Shown: piece after piece, positions 51,891 through 61,566 of the stretch | Layout: every line of letters begins with the position of its first letter | How positions within the stretch are numbered: position 1 is the stretch's first letter | Assembly: GCA_918797485.1 (NCBI GenBank) | Contig: CAKKNE010000001.1 | Coordinates: 4,278,001-4,342,000 of the forward strand | Reading direction: 5' to 3' | Length of the DNA stretch: 64,000 nt | Source: Pelagomonas calceolata | Lineage: Eukaryota | Made by a program: the position numbers and the translations under genes | The notes under the pieces: model-generated | Database searches by the model: none | Told to the model about the DNA's origin: nothing | Seen by the model: the letters and a program-made list of their open reading frames with translations, nothing else

Positions 51891-53302
51891 CTAGACGAGG
51901 ATCTTCTGGACCGCCGTGTCCTTCATCGGCGACTCCTCGCCGTCCTCCCACGCGATGACGCACATGCCGTCCTCGACGCTCTTGATGACGCCGTCGAAGT
52001 ACTCCGTGCCGGACGCCGAGCGGTAGCCCTTGAATTTCTTGTTCACCTTCTTGCCGACGAGCGACGTGGACGCGGCGCCGCGCTTCTTGGCGCGGCGCAC
52101 CGGGGCCTCGGTCACGGGGTCCGGGCAGCCGAAGGGGTCCGTCTTGGCCTTCTTCGCCTTCTTCGTCGGCGTCGTCGCGGGCTTGGCCGCCTTGCCCTTC
52201 GTGGGCTTGGCCGCGGGCGTCTGCTTGCCGAGCAGGCCCGCCTTGGTCGTCGTGTAGGTCTCCTCGTCCATCTTGCCCTCGTCTAGGGCCTTCTTCGCGT
52301 CGCGGAGGGCCTTGACGGTCTCGGGCGTCAGCGCGTCGCTCGCCTTCGCCGGCGTGGCCTCCTCCTCGGCCTCGGCCTCGGGCTCGGGCTCGACGGGCGG
52401 CGGCGCGAGCCGCGCCTGCGTGTCGAGGTGGTGCTGGTAGAAGAGGAGCTTGCGCAGCGGGTGGTTGAGGAGCCAGCCGTTGCCGTGGTCGCGGCCGTGC
52501 TCGTTCTCGAAGTCGCGCGCGTCCTCGATGATCTGGCCGATATCAGACCTGCGTAGATCGTCGCGTCGATGGCGTGAAACTCGGAATTGATTGGGCACTG
52601 CGTCCGACTGCATCGTCACGGGCTCGTCCTTGCGGAAGATGACGTCGTCCGGCCAGCCGTACTGGGGCGAGGCGTAGTGGACGCCCTCGCCGGACACGAG
52701 CTTCGTGACCTGGCGGATGACCTGGCGCCGGTTGTCGTCGGAGATGGGGTGCTCGCCGTCGGGCTCCATCCACCTGTGTGCATATGAACTGGTGATCACG
52801 CCGTCGCGTCGATGGCGTGGTTTCGTGAAGGACGCCGACGCGGACGCCTCGAAATCGTCCATGTTGAACTCGTCGAGCGCCGCGCGCTGCTCCTCGGAGA
52901 GCTCGACGAGGCGGTTCTTGCGCGCGCGGCGGCCGCCGGAGCCGCGCGAGCGCTGGCGCGGCCGCTCGTCGTCCGACCACTCGTCGTAGGTCAGGCGCTC
53001 GGGCTCGGCCGTGCCGCCCTGGAGGCGCGACGAGCGGCGGCGCTCGCTCTCGGGCACCTTCTTGCGGGGCAGGCGCGGCTTCGGCGGCGCCTTCTTCTTG
53101 TTCTGCTTCATCTGTGTGGAAACCAACCAGAGTCTCGTCGATGGCGTGGAGGTCAAGATTTGATTTATGCACTGCTCAGCACGTAGCCGCCACCGTGGGG
53201 GTCGATGCCGATGGACAGCATGAAGGCCTCGTTGCGCTTGATGCGCTCGTCGCGCTCAATCTCGTACTGGGACTTGGGGGCGACGGGGATGTTCGACGGC
53301 AT
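51891..53302 (-). CDS. Probable nuclear protein with N-terminal YE..R..RI.RN motif and C-terminal Tudor-like domain, 4 exons (introns 53112-53182, 52774-52845, 52549-52608)
   Basis: SQYEIERDERIKRNEAFMLSIGI; RRSSRL; LVGKKVNKKF...YFDGVI....CVIAWEDGE; all three GT-AG introns keep or restore the frame. Confidence 0.65.
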
Positions 53303-53819
53303 GCTTGTGGCTGTGGGTGTGTTTTGCTTGTGCTCGGTTTTCCCGCCGGTTACGCGGGAGTTGTTTGCCTGCGCGCGGGATGCGGTTTCTCGCTGCGCGC
53401 GGGCTCTGTGCGCGGTTTCGAAGCTCTGTGCGCTGTCGCGAGGCCGCGCGCGGCGATGGCGGCTTGTGTGGGCTGTTTCTTGCTTTTTGGCGGACTGCCC
53501 AGTGCGTCGCGCAGGGCTCGTTTTAGCGTGCGCGCGCGCGCGCGCCAGCACATATATACATCTGAAGCCTATCGGCGCGGACGCTGGGCGTGTACGATGC
53601 AGTGCCGATCTAAACAGACGACTTTAATGGCTGTGCTGGGGCTCTCAATTATGGCGCCTCTCCTTAGCCACTAGCCTTTTTGAATCTGGAATACCCTCTC
53701 CCGAGCTCTCTGACCCTCAAAGCATCCTCCCAACGAGCAGTGGAGGCGATACGGGCCCCAAGAACCAATTACGTGCACATCGCGGGCGCCGCGGTGCCAC
53801 TACTAGTCTTGAAACAACA

Positions 53820-54680
53820 TTAGGCGAGCAACTCCGCAATCTCCGAGTATCCCTCGGATCGCGCGACGTCGGCCGCAGTCTTCCCGTCGCCGTCCTTCAG
53901 CGACCGGTCCGCGCCACGGTCCGCGAGCAACGTCGCCAGGGGCGTCGACCCCAGGAGCGCTGCGTAGTGCAACGGCGTCGAGCCGTCATCGTCGCTCGTG
54001 TTCACGTCCGCGCCGGCGTCGAGGAGCAGCCGCGCGGAATCCTCCCTCTCGGCGTCGACAGCGTGGATGAGCGGCGTCAGGTGATAGTCGTCGATCTCGT
54101 TGACATCAAAGTCGCCGAAGGCCTTCAAACTGGCCGCCCCGGCCCTAGCCGCCTCGAAGACGTCTTCGGCCGCCGGCGGCGGCGCCGCGTTGGAGGACTC
54201 GTTGATGCCGCACGCGCTCAGGTCGTTCTTGACCTTGGCCAGCTGGTCGTCCGAGGCGTCCTCCTCCGGCGCGATGAGCAGGAAGTCCGGCACCTCGCGC
54301 GTGACTTCGTCCACATATGCACGCATGGCGCTCAGCTGCTGCGGGTGCTCCTCGTGGGCCGAGCGCCAGGCGGCGTCCTTCGCGCGTTCCCCTTCCTGCA
54401 TGTTTTCGTAAAGCGTCCTGAAGGAAGGCGAGTCATTGGGCGGAGGGGCACCGTTCGTCGCCACACAGTGCAGGCCAAACAACTTGCGCTGCGCGTCGTC
54501 GGAGAGTTTGACCGCTTGAGTGTTCACGTACTCGACAGCTTCAAAAAAGTCGGCGCGTGTGGCCTGCTCCTCGGCGGCGTCCATGCCGCTCGCGTCGGCG
54601 GCGGGTGCCGGCGCCTCCGCTGCCGCTGCCTCTTTGGCGCGCCTGAGGACCTCGGGCGGGAGGCTTATCTGGCTTGCCAT
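53820..54680 (-). CDS. Acyl-CoA-binding domain plus ankyrin repeats (ACBD6-like)
   Basis: FFEAVEYV, KLFGL..AT.G, KDAAW, AMRAYV (ACBP); TPLIHAV, GSTPLHYAA (ankyrin). Confidence 0.8.
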   Translation of the reverse strand: MASQISLPPEVLRRAKEAAAAEAPAPAADASGMDAAEEQATRADFFEAVEYVNTQAVKLSDDAQRKLFGLHCVATNGAPPPNDSPSFRTLYENMQEGERAKDAAWRSAHEEHPQQLSAMRAYVDEVTREVPDFLLIAPEEDASDDQLAKVKNDLSACGINESSNAAPPPAAEDVFEAARAGAASLKAFGDFDVNEIDDYHLTPLIHAVDAEREDSARLLLDAGADVNTSDDDGSTPLHYAALLGSTPLATLLADRGADRSLKDGDGKTAADVARSEGYSEIAELLA

Positions 54681-55104
54681 TGCTACGAGCTGTATTTGTG
54701 CTTGAGAGAGCTGCTGGTGTGCAGAGCTGCAGCGCTGCCCCAGTGCAGCTATCTGTGCTTGGGAGCGGACTGCGCTGGCGCGCGCAGCAGTCTGCGCTGC
54801 TGCTGGTCCCAGGTCGTATCTGTACGCCGAGAGCCAAAGCCAAAAGTCGTGCGCGCAAGCCAGCTAGCGGCTGTAAGACACTAGAAAGAACTATACCCGC
54901 GGAGGCGTTCAGGGCACAAGCACACATCGAAAGCACACCCAGAAGGAAATAGAAGAACATCGCCGTCGCCGCCTCCGAGCTAACACTCGGGGCGGGGCCG
55001 GGGGCTGGGCGGGCGTGCGTTCACGCAGGGAGGCGTCGGTCGGGTGGCTAGGCGGCCGAGCTCTAAGCAAAGCAAAAGGAAAAGAAAAAAACACAAAAAC
55101 AAGC

Positions 55105-57642
55105 TTAGAGGTCCACGACGCAATCCTCCTCGAGCTCCGAATCGGAGAAGGTCACCTCGACGGGGGTGTCCTTCCAGTCGTCCGCGAGCCAGACGGGCGC
55201 GCGCCGCCGCCGCCGCCAGGCGCACAATCCAACACCAACGCCGAGCAGCAGAAAGCCGCCCGCCGCGGCCGCGCCGAGCGCCGCCGCCGCGGCCACGTCG
55301 GCGCCAGCCATGTCGCCGCCGCCGTTACTATCACCACTGGACGTGGGCCGCGGCGCCGGACTCGTGGACGGCCGCGCCGTCGCAGAGAGCCCGTCTTCCG
55401 GCGCCCAGAGCGGCCCGAGCGCGTGCGGCGCCGCCGTCGCCGCCACGTCTTTAAAAACGCGCGCGAAGCCGGCGCCGCCCCCGTACAGTTGCGAGCCGCC
55501 GACCACAACTCGGTTGCCAAAGGCCGCTACCGAACCGCCAAATCCGTCGTCCGCCTCGGGGTCACTTTCTGTTAAAGTGGCACCGGCGACGTACTCCGCG
55601 CCGCTCCGTCTGAAGACGAGAGCAGCGCCCGCGTTCGAGCCACCTTCATCTCTACCGGCCGCTCCCACAACCACCGCGCCGTGCGCCAGCGCCACGCTTG
55701 TCCCGAACCAGTCGCCCGCTTCGAGTGGATCGGCGATCAACTCGCGCCCCGTGCAGTTCGCATTAGCAGGGCAGTCGAACGCGTAGGCCGCGCCGGCGTT
55801 CGACCCCTTGGCGTCGTTGCCCGGCGCGCCTATAATAATTGTCGTATCTTCCACAGCTACTGAGGACCCGAAGCCGTCTCCTATCGAACCCATGCCAAAG
55901 TCCGCCTTCATTTCACCTTCTGTGTCAAAGACGACGACGGCGCCGGACCCGCGCCGGTGGGGCGCGCCCGCCGCGATCAATGACGCCTCGCCACGGGCGA
56001 GCCCGCCGATGGCGACGGCGACGCCGAGGCGGTCCCCGGGTTGCGCATCATGCGCCTGGAGCCTTCCAATAAATTCGTAGTCCCGCCACATGTATACGGC
56101 GCCCCGCTGGTCATCATCTTCATCCGCGCCCGCCACTATGATGGAACCGTGGACGGCCACGGCCGCGCCGAGGTTGGTCGCATCATTCGCCGTCAGTGTT
56201 GTGACGAGCGTGCCGTTCGCGTGGAAGACTTGTACATAATTTTCCGAGGGCGCGCCCACGACGACGACGCCATCCACAGCCACGGAAGCGCCAAAGTCGC
56301 CGGCTCCATACAAAACAGCTACTGGTAGATGCGTCTGGTTCTCACATGTGAAAAGGGACACGTAGCCGCGCGCACCAATAACTACAAGTTCTCGCGAGAG
56401 GGCCACACTGTGACCGAAGCGGTCGCCCGCGCCAACACCGTCGAACGCCGCCACGACCTCGGGATTCGCCAAAGGCGCGCGCGGCACGTAGACCGCCACA
56501 GAACCCGCAAAATCCTGCGACGCACCGTGCAGCCCGAAGGCCGCGTAGCCGCTCGAGCCGATCGCCGCGCTTACAGATTGCGCTTCAAACGTGTGGCGCT
56601 CCGCCTCGACCCAAGTGCCGTCGACGTTCGAATAGACGTACGCCACGGCGTCGCTCGCCACGGCCAGGGCGCCGTCCGTGAGCGCTACTTGAAAGGGTTC
56701 GTCCGCCTCGCTCCGCAGCGAAGTCCAGCGCGGCCACTCACCATTACTCCTCCTATATACATGGACGCGCCCCGCTTCCGTCGAGTCCCCGCCCAACTTG
56801 CGCGGGTGCGACACGGCCAACACGTCATCATGCAAGGCGATGAAGTAGCCGAACACTAATGCTGAGTCATCTTCCGTCAGTTTCGCTTCCTGCGTCCACG
56901 TCGCGCCTCCGTCAGACGTGTGGAAGAGGTAGACGGCGCCGGCGTCTCTGGGAGCCGCCACCGCAATAACAGCGCCGCTCATGGCCACGGCGTTGCCGAA
57001 CTGGTCGCCTCCACTGGCATCGTGCGGCTTGAGCTTGGCGACCTGCGGCCACGTCACGCCGCCGTTGTCCGTCCGGAAGACGTAGACCGCTCCACTATTG
57101 GATCCGGCGTCGTCATCATAATGAGCGCCGACCGCGACCACTCCTCCTGAAATAGCTAAGCTTCGCCCGAACTGGTCGTAGGCCGCGGCGTCACCTGCCG
57201 TTAATTTAGCAACTTGGGGCCACTCTCTGGAACCATCATACTTGAACAAGTAGACAGAACCGGAAGCCGAACCGGCGTCGTCGTCGTAGTAGGCTCCTAC
57301 AGCTACCACACCCCCATCAATGGCCACGCTCCTTCCAAAATGGTCGTCCTGGCCCGCGTCCGACGCCGTGAGTTTCGCGAGCTGCTGCCAGGCCGCGTTG
57401 TGCGGCGAGATGCGGAACAGGTAGACCGAGCCCGAGTTCTTCATACCATTGTCGTCGTCCTTCCAGGCGCCGACGGCCAGGACCTCGCCCGACGCCGCGA
57501 CGGCGTCCCCAAAGTAGTCGTAGGGCGACGCGTCGCTCGGCTCGATGAGCACGCCGACGTGGTCGCCCCACTGCTGGTTTTGTGGTGCTGCCGGCGGGCC
57601 CAGCTGGGCCCTGGTCGCGAGGAGGAGGAGCGCCCACCTCAT
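55105..57642 (-). CDS. FG-GAP repeat beta-propeller type I membrane protein
   Basis: Many KLTASDA...D.FG.SVAI.G..VAVGA..DDDAGS.SG.VY.F repeats; signal peptide; C-terminal TM. Confidence 0.88.
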   Translation of the reverse strand: MRWALLLLATRAQLGPPAAPQNQQWGDHVGVLIEPSDASPYDYFGDAVAASGEVLAVGAWKDDDNGMKNSGSVYLFRISPHNAAWQQLAKLTASDAGQDDHFGRSVAIDGGVVAVGAYYDDDAGSASGSVYLFKYDGSREWPQVAKLTAGDAAAYDQFGRSLAISGGVVAVGAHYDDDAGSNSGAVYVFRTDNGGVTWPQVAKLKPHDASGGDQFGNAVAMSGAVIAVAAPRDAGAVYLFHTSDGGATWTQEAKLTEDDSALVFGYFIALHDDVLAVSHPRKLGGDSTEAGRVHVYRRSNGEWPRWTSLRSEADEPFQVALTDGALAVASDAVAYVYSNVDGTWVEAERHTFEAQSVSAAIGSSGYAAFGLHGASQDFAGSVAVYVPRAPLANPEVVAAFDGVGAGDRFGHSVALSRELVVIGARGYVSLFTCENQTHLPVAVLYGAGDFGASVAVDGVVVVGAPSENYVQVFHANGTLVTTLTANDATNLGAAVAVHGSIIVAGADEDDDQRGAVYMWRDYEFIGRLQAHDAQPGDRLGVAVAIGGLARGEASLIAAGAPHRRGSGAVVVFDTEGEMKADFGMGSIGDGFGSSVAVEDTTIIIGAPGNDAKGSNAGAAYAFDCPANANCTGRELIADPLEAGDWFGTSVALAHGAVVVGAAGRDEGGSNAGAALVFRRSGAEYVAGATLTESDPEADDGFGGSVAAFGNRVVVGGSQLYGGGAGFARVFKDVAATAAPHALGPLWAPEDGLSATARPSTSPAPRPTSSGDSNGGGDMAGADVAAAAALGAAAAGGFLLLGVGVGLCAWRRRRRAPVWLADDWKDTPVEVTFSDSELEEDCVVDL

Positions 57643-57925
57643 TCTTCACCGGTTGGGCTCCATGCTACGCCTCGGTGTCCGAGCTGGGGCAGCCCGCACG
57701 CCTCCTTTTGAGGCGCTCTTTACCCTCGGCTGCTCCGCGCTTTTCATAGCGTGCGGGTTCCTCCCGCGAAGGGTGTGAGAGCCTATTCGACGTGTCGCGT
57801 AACGATGATGGCACTCTCGAACGAGATACGTCGAACGCCATCCGCCCGCGCGGCGATCTCGTCTCGCAGGAGAGCAGGCCAAAACAACACGAAGGGCTGC
57901 CCCAAAGCTTGATAGCAGACTGAAG

Positions 57926-59242
57926 ATGATCCTCACGCAGTGCGCCGTCTGCGCCACCGACCTTGGGCTAACCTTGGGCAAGAAATGCGGCCGCTGCAAC
58001 ACACGCTACTGTGGGCCCGAATGCCAGGTGCAGCACTGGAAAGAGGGTGGCCACGACACGCTCTGCAGACAAATAAAAAAAGCCGGCGGCGCAGAGCAAT
58101 ACAACGCAAACACGAAGTACACGGAGGCCGTCGCGGTCGCGGCCGAGAAATGCGCGGACGACACGAAGGGCCAGACGTGCTACATCTGCACGCAGGCCCT
58201 CCACTGGAAGACAAAGGAGGGCCTCGTGCGTATGTGTGCGTGCCGCGGGACGGCGGGCTTCGCGCATGTGTCGTGTCTGGCGGAGCAGGCGAAGATTTTG
58301 TGTGACGAGGCCGAGGAGAACAATAAACCAAAAAATCCAGCGTGGGTGCGGTGGCACACGTGTAGCCTGTGTGAGCAAAAGTACCACGGCGTCGTGCGGT
58401 GCGCGCTCGGGTGGGCGTGCTGGAAGACGAATGTGGGGCGGCCAGAGGCGCACTGGGCTCGGCTACTGGCGATGTCGCGGCTTGGGAACGGCTTATCCGC
58501 TGCAAAGCACCACGAGGACGCGTTGTTCGTGCAAGAGGCCGAGTTGTCTATGTGGCGGCGCCTTGGCGAGTCAGAAGAACAAATGCTCGACGTGCAGACC
58601 AATCTTGCGAGGACGTATCATCACTGTGGACGGACAGAAGAGGCCAACCGCATGCTGCGAGACGTGTACTCCGGATGTTTGAAGCTCAACGGCGAACAAA
58701 GTAGAGATACCCTTGCAGCAGCCCTCAACTACTCGGCGTCCCTTGATGCTCTAAAGCGCTACAGAGAAGCCAAGTCGGTGCTGCGCAAAATGATGCCCGT
58801 GGCGCGACGGGTTCTTGGCGAGAATAATGACGCCACGCTCAGGCTGAGGTGGACTTACGCGCGGGCGCTCTCCAAGGACGACGGCGCCACGCTCGACGAC
58901 CTCCGCGAGGCCGTGACAACGCTCGAGGACACGGCACGGACCGCGCAGCGCGTTTTCGGCCGCGCGCATCCGATGGTAGTGCAACTTGAGCGATCTCTGA
59001 GAGAGTCGCGGGCAGCGCTCAGGGCCCGCGAGATGCAGACGACGACGCTGATGTCGGAGACTGCACCGCTGCCGCCCAGCTGGATCGCCGGCAACGCGTT
59101 GGTCACTGGCGAGACCGAGGAGCAGCTCATGGCGCGCCTGCGGAGGGAGGCGAAGGAGATCAACGCGGCCGTCGCGCGCGAGGCCGCGGAGGCGAAGGCG
59201 CGGTTGCGGAACGAGCTCCCCGGTTACGACGAGCCAGGTTAG
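57926..59242 (+). CDS. MYND zinc finger + RINGv + TPR-like protein
   Basis: CAVC..KKCGRC..YCGPECQVQHWK..H..C; CYIC..CACRG..AHVSCL..W..CSLC; kinesin-light-chain-like TPR helices. Confidence 0.8.
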   Translation: MILTQCAVCATDLGLTLGKKCGRCNTRYCGPECQVQHWKEGGHDTLCRQIKKAGGAEQYNANTKYTEAVAVAAEKCADDTKGQTCYICTQALHWKTKEGLVRMCACRGTAGFAHVSCLAEQAKILCDEAEENNKPKNPAWVRWHTCSLCEQKYHGVVRCALGWACWKTNVGRPEAHWARLLAMSRLGNGLSAAKHHEDALFVQEAELSMWRRLGESEEQMLDVQTNLARTYHHCGRTEEANRMLRDVYSGCLKLNGEQSRDTLAAALNYSASLDALKRYREAKSVLRKMMPVARRVLGENNDATLRLRWTYARALSKDDGATLDDLREAVTTLEDTARTAQRVFGRAHPMVVQLERSLRESRAALRAREMQTTTLMSETAPLPPSWIAGNALVTGETEEQLMARLRREAKEINAAVAREAAEAKARLRNELPGYDEPG

Positions 59243-59494
59243 TGCAGTAAGAACACGCGAAGCACAGCTTACTTAGCTTCATAACTAGCCAAGCGTCGCT
59301 CGCTAGCTCTCGCCTCGCCCTGGGAAGTGCCCTAGGCTAGAACCTCGCCCGCCGAACCACATAACACTCGGGGCGCTGTCGCATGATGGTCGCGCAGACC
59401 CCGCGTCTCTGCAGGCAAATTGCTTTGATCATCAAATTAACACGTCACCGGGTACGGTAGACCATCGCGCGAACGCGCGGGGAAGGGAGGGGAT

Positions 59495-61309
59495 TCAGTC
59501 GTCCTGCTTCGCGAACGAGCCCACGACGAGGAGCACCACGAGCCCCAGCACGAACTGCTCCTCGGCGGGTAAGGAAGCGGCGAACGTGTACGCGAAGACC
59601 GGCACGTAGACGAGGAACACGACCGTCTGCTCTAATGCACCCTCAGCTAAGCCCGCCCAGTCCACTTTGGACGCCTCGACGGCGACCTGCGACGCCGCGG
59701 CCGACGCCGCCTTCGTAGTTTCATCAGCACCATACTTCAACGCAGGCACGGCGACGTCGGCCGTGAACGCGCCGATGGCCGGGCCCGCGTCCGCCGCGGC
59801 CTTGCTGATCGTCTTGGACGCCTCGGCGGTCGTCTTCTTGGCCGCATCCCCTAACTGGGCCGAGGCCTTGGAGACGTCGATGGTCGAAACGTCGGGGACC
59901 TTGACCTTGCTCACGTCGATCTTCTTGATTGTTTCCAGACTCTTGGCGACGTCGACGTCCGGCAGCTTGACCTTGGAGACGTCGACCTCGGGTAATTTGA
60001 CCTTGGTGACGTCGAGCGCCTTGATCGCCGTGATTGAAGGTGCCACCACGACAACCGGCTCGGGCGGCGGCGGCGGCGCGACGATCTTCGCCGGCTTCGG
60101 TGCGGCTAAAGCAATCACGGTAGCAAACAGGAAAGTACCAACACCAATAGCGGCCTCGGGCTTCGCGGCGAAGGTCTTGTACTCCTTGGTCTTCTGGAGC
60201 TCCTGGGACGCTTTGCGCAGGGCCTCGCCGGCCGGGACCGCCGCGTACTTCACGGCCGTGTTCTTGATGACGGGCGCGGCCGTGGCGTAGGCCTTGGTGA
60301 CGGCCGGTGCCACGGACGAGTACGTTCTAGAGACCTGCTGGAAGGCGGGCTGCTTCGACGCGACGGCGGCGGCGGCCTTGGCCTGCTCCGCGGCCTGCTT
60401 TCGTAGGAGCTCGGTTTGCTTCGCGGCGGCCTGGGTCGCTCGGGCCTGCAGCTGCTGGGCGTAGGGGCCGCCCCGCGCGGCCGCGCGCTTCGCCGCCTCC
60501 TGGGCGGCCCGCTGCGTCTCCTGAGCTTTCCGCGACAGGGCCGTCTGGGCCTGCTGGCCGAGCTTCGCCGAGACGGACGGCGCGTCCTTGTAGGCCTGCT
60601 CCAGCGTCTTCGTGAGCTTGGGCGTGAAGGTCGGCGCGGCCTTGGCTGCACTTTCAGTCGCCTTGTAGATGTTGATGGCCGAGTTGGCTATCGGTTTAAC
60701 TGCGTCCTCGACCGCCTTTGACTTTAACGGCGTGTAGGGCCTTCCTTGCACAACTTCAAAAGCCTTGAAGCCGGCGTTGACCGCGTTTTGGGCGGCCGCT
60801 GCGGCCTTCTCCGCGGGCGTCGGCGGGGGCGGCGGCGGGGGCGTCGCCTTGCGCGCGATCGCCGCGCCCGTCACGGCGACCCAGATCACGGCACCCGTGG
60901 CCAGGGCGCTGTCGGAGACGCCCGCGTCGCGCGCCGCCTGGAGCGAGGCGTAGAACGCGTCGCCGGCGCCCGCCGCGCCCGCCGTGATCGCCTCGCCGAC
61001 GGCCGGGACGACGTTCGTCTGGAACGCCTCGGCGCCGTCCGCGAGGGCCGGAACGACCTTGGTCTTTAATGCCACGGCCGCCGCGTCGCCGCCCTGCGCT
61101 AAAGCTGGTGCTACTTTATTCTGGAGGATGTCTCCGGCAGCGAAGCCGCCGTCGACGACCGCGTCTAACGCCCTAAACGCTTGTAACGCAATGGCGTCAC
61201 CAATTTCTTCAGCCTCGACGGCGTGCAGGGTCGTGTCGCGCACGCGCGTAGTCGGCGTCACGAAGGCGCTCGCGCTGCCCAACAGCAGGAGCAGCGAAAA
61301 TCGCGCCAT
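59495..61309 (-). CDS. Ala-rich plastid-targeted membrane protein (paralog A)
   Basis: MARFSLLLLLGSASA-FVTP is an ASAFAP-type leader; shares FEVVQGRPYTPLKSKAVEDAVKPIA with the neighbour. Confidence 0.7.
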   Translation of the reverse strand: MARFSLLLLLGSASAFVTPTTRVRDTTLHAVEAEEIGDAIALQAFRALDAVVDGGFAAGDILQNKVAPALAQGGDAAAVALKTKVVPALADGAEAFQTNVVPAVGEAITAGAAGAGDAFYASLQAARDAGVSDSALATGAVIWVAVTGAAIARKATPPPPPPPTPAEKAAAAAQNAVNAGFKAFEVVQGRPYTPLKSKAVEDAVKPIANSAINIYKATESAAKAAPTFTPKLTKTLEQAYKDAPSVSAKLGQQAQTALSRKAQETQRAAQEAAKRAAARGGPYAQQLQARATQAAAKQTELLRKQAAEQAKAAAAVASKQPAFQQVSRTYSSVAPAVTKAYATAAPVIKNTAVKYAAVPAGEALRKASQELQKTKEYKTFAAKPEAAIGVGTFLFATVIALAAPKPAKIVAPPPPPEPVVVVAPSITAIKALDVTKVKLPEVDVSKVKLPDVDVAKSLETIKKIDVSKVKVPDVSTIDVSKASAQLGDAAKKTTAEASKTISKAAADAGPAIGAFTADVAVPALKYGADETTKAASAAASQVAVEASKVDWAGLAEGALEQTVVFLVYVPVFAYTFAASLPAEEQFVLGLVVLLVVGSFAKQDD

Positions 61310-61566
61310 ACTCTTCGCCTCCGTATCGGTTAGCCTTCGTGCTTGGTGTGCAGCAGCGTGTGTATCTGATTTAGCACCTCCAGTGCTTTGATCTCGGATG
61401 CAACGAAAGACCCTGCCGTGAGGGCAGATGGCGCGACTCGAAATCGCGAGATGATACGGTACCACGTGGTATGGTATCAGATATGGTATGGTATACCTAG
61501 ACGCCATCGACGCGAGGCCACAACATCACTGGAATCATGATGAAAATTATACAGGGCGCGCGCAGG

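Noticed and set aside
55500..57540. Regularly spaced repeats as a possible CRISPR-like array
   Set aside because: They are degenerate protein-level FG-GAP repeats inside one ORF, not identical DNA repeats with spacers
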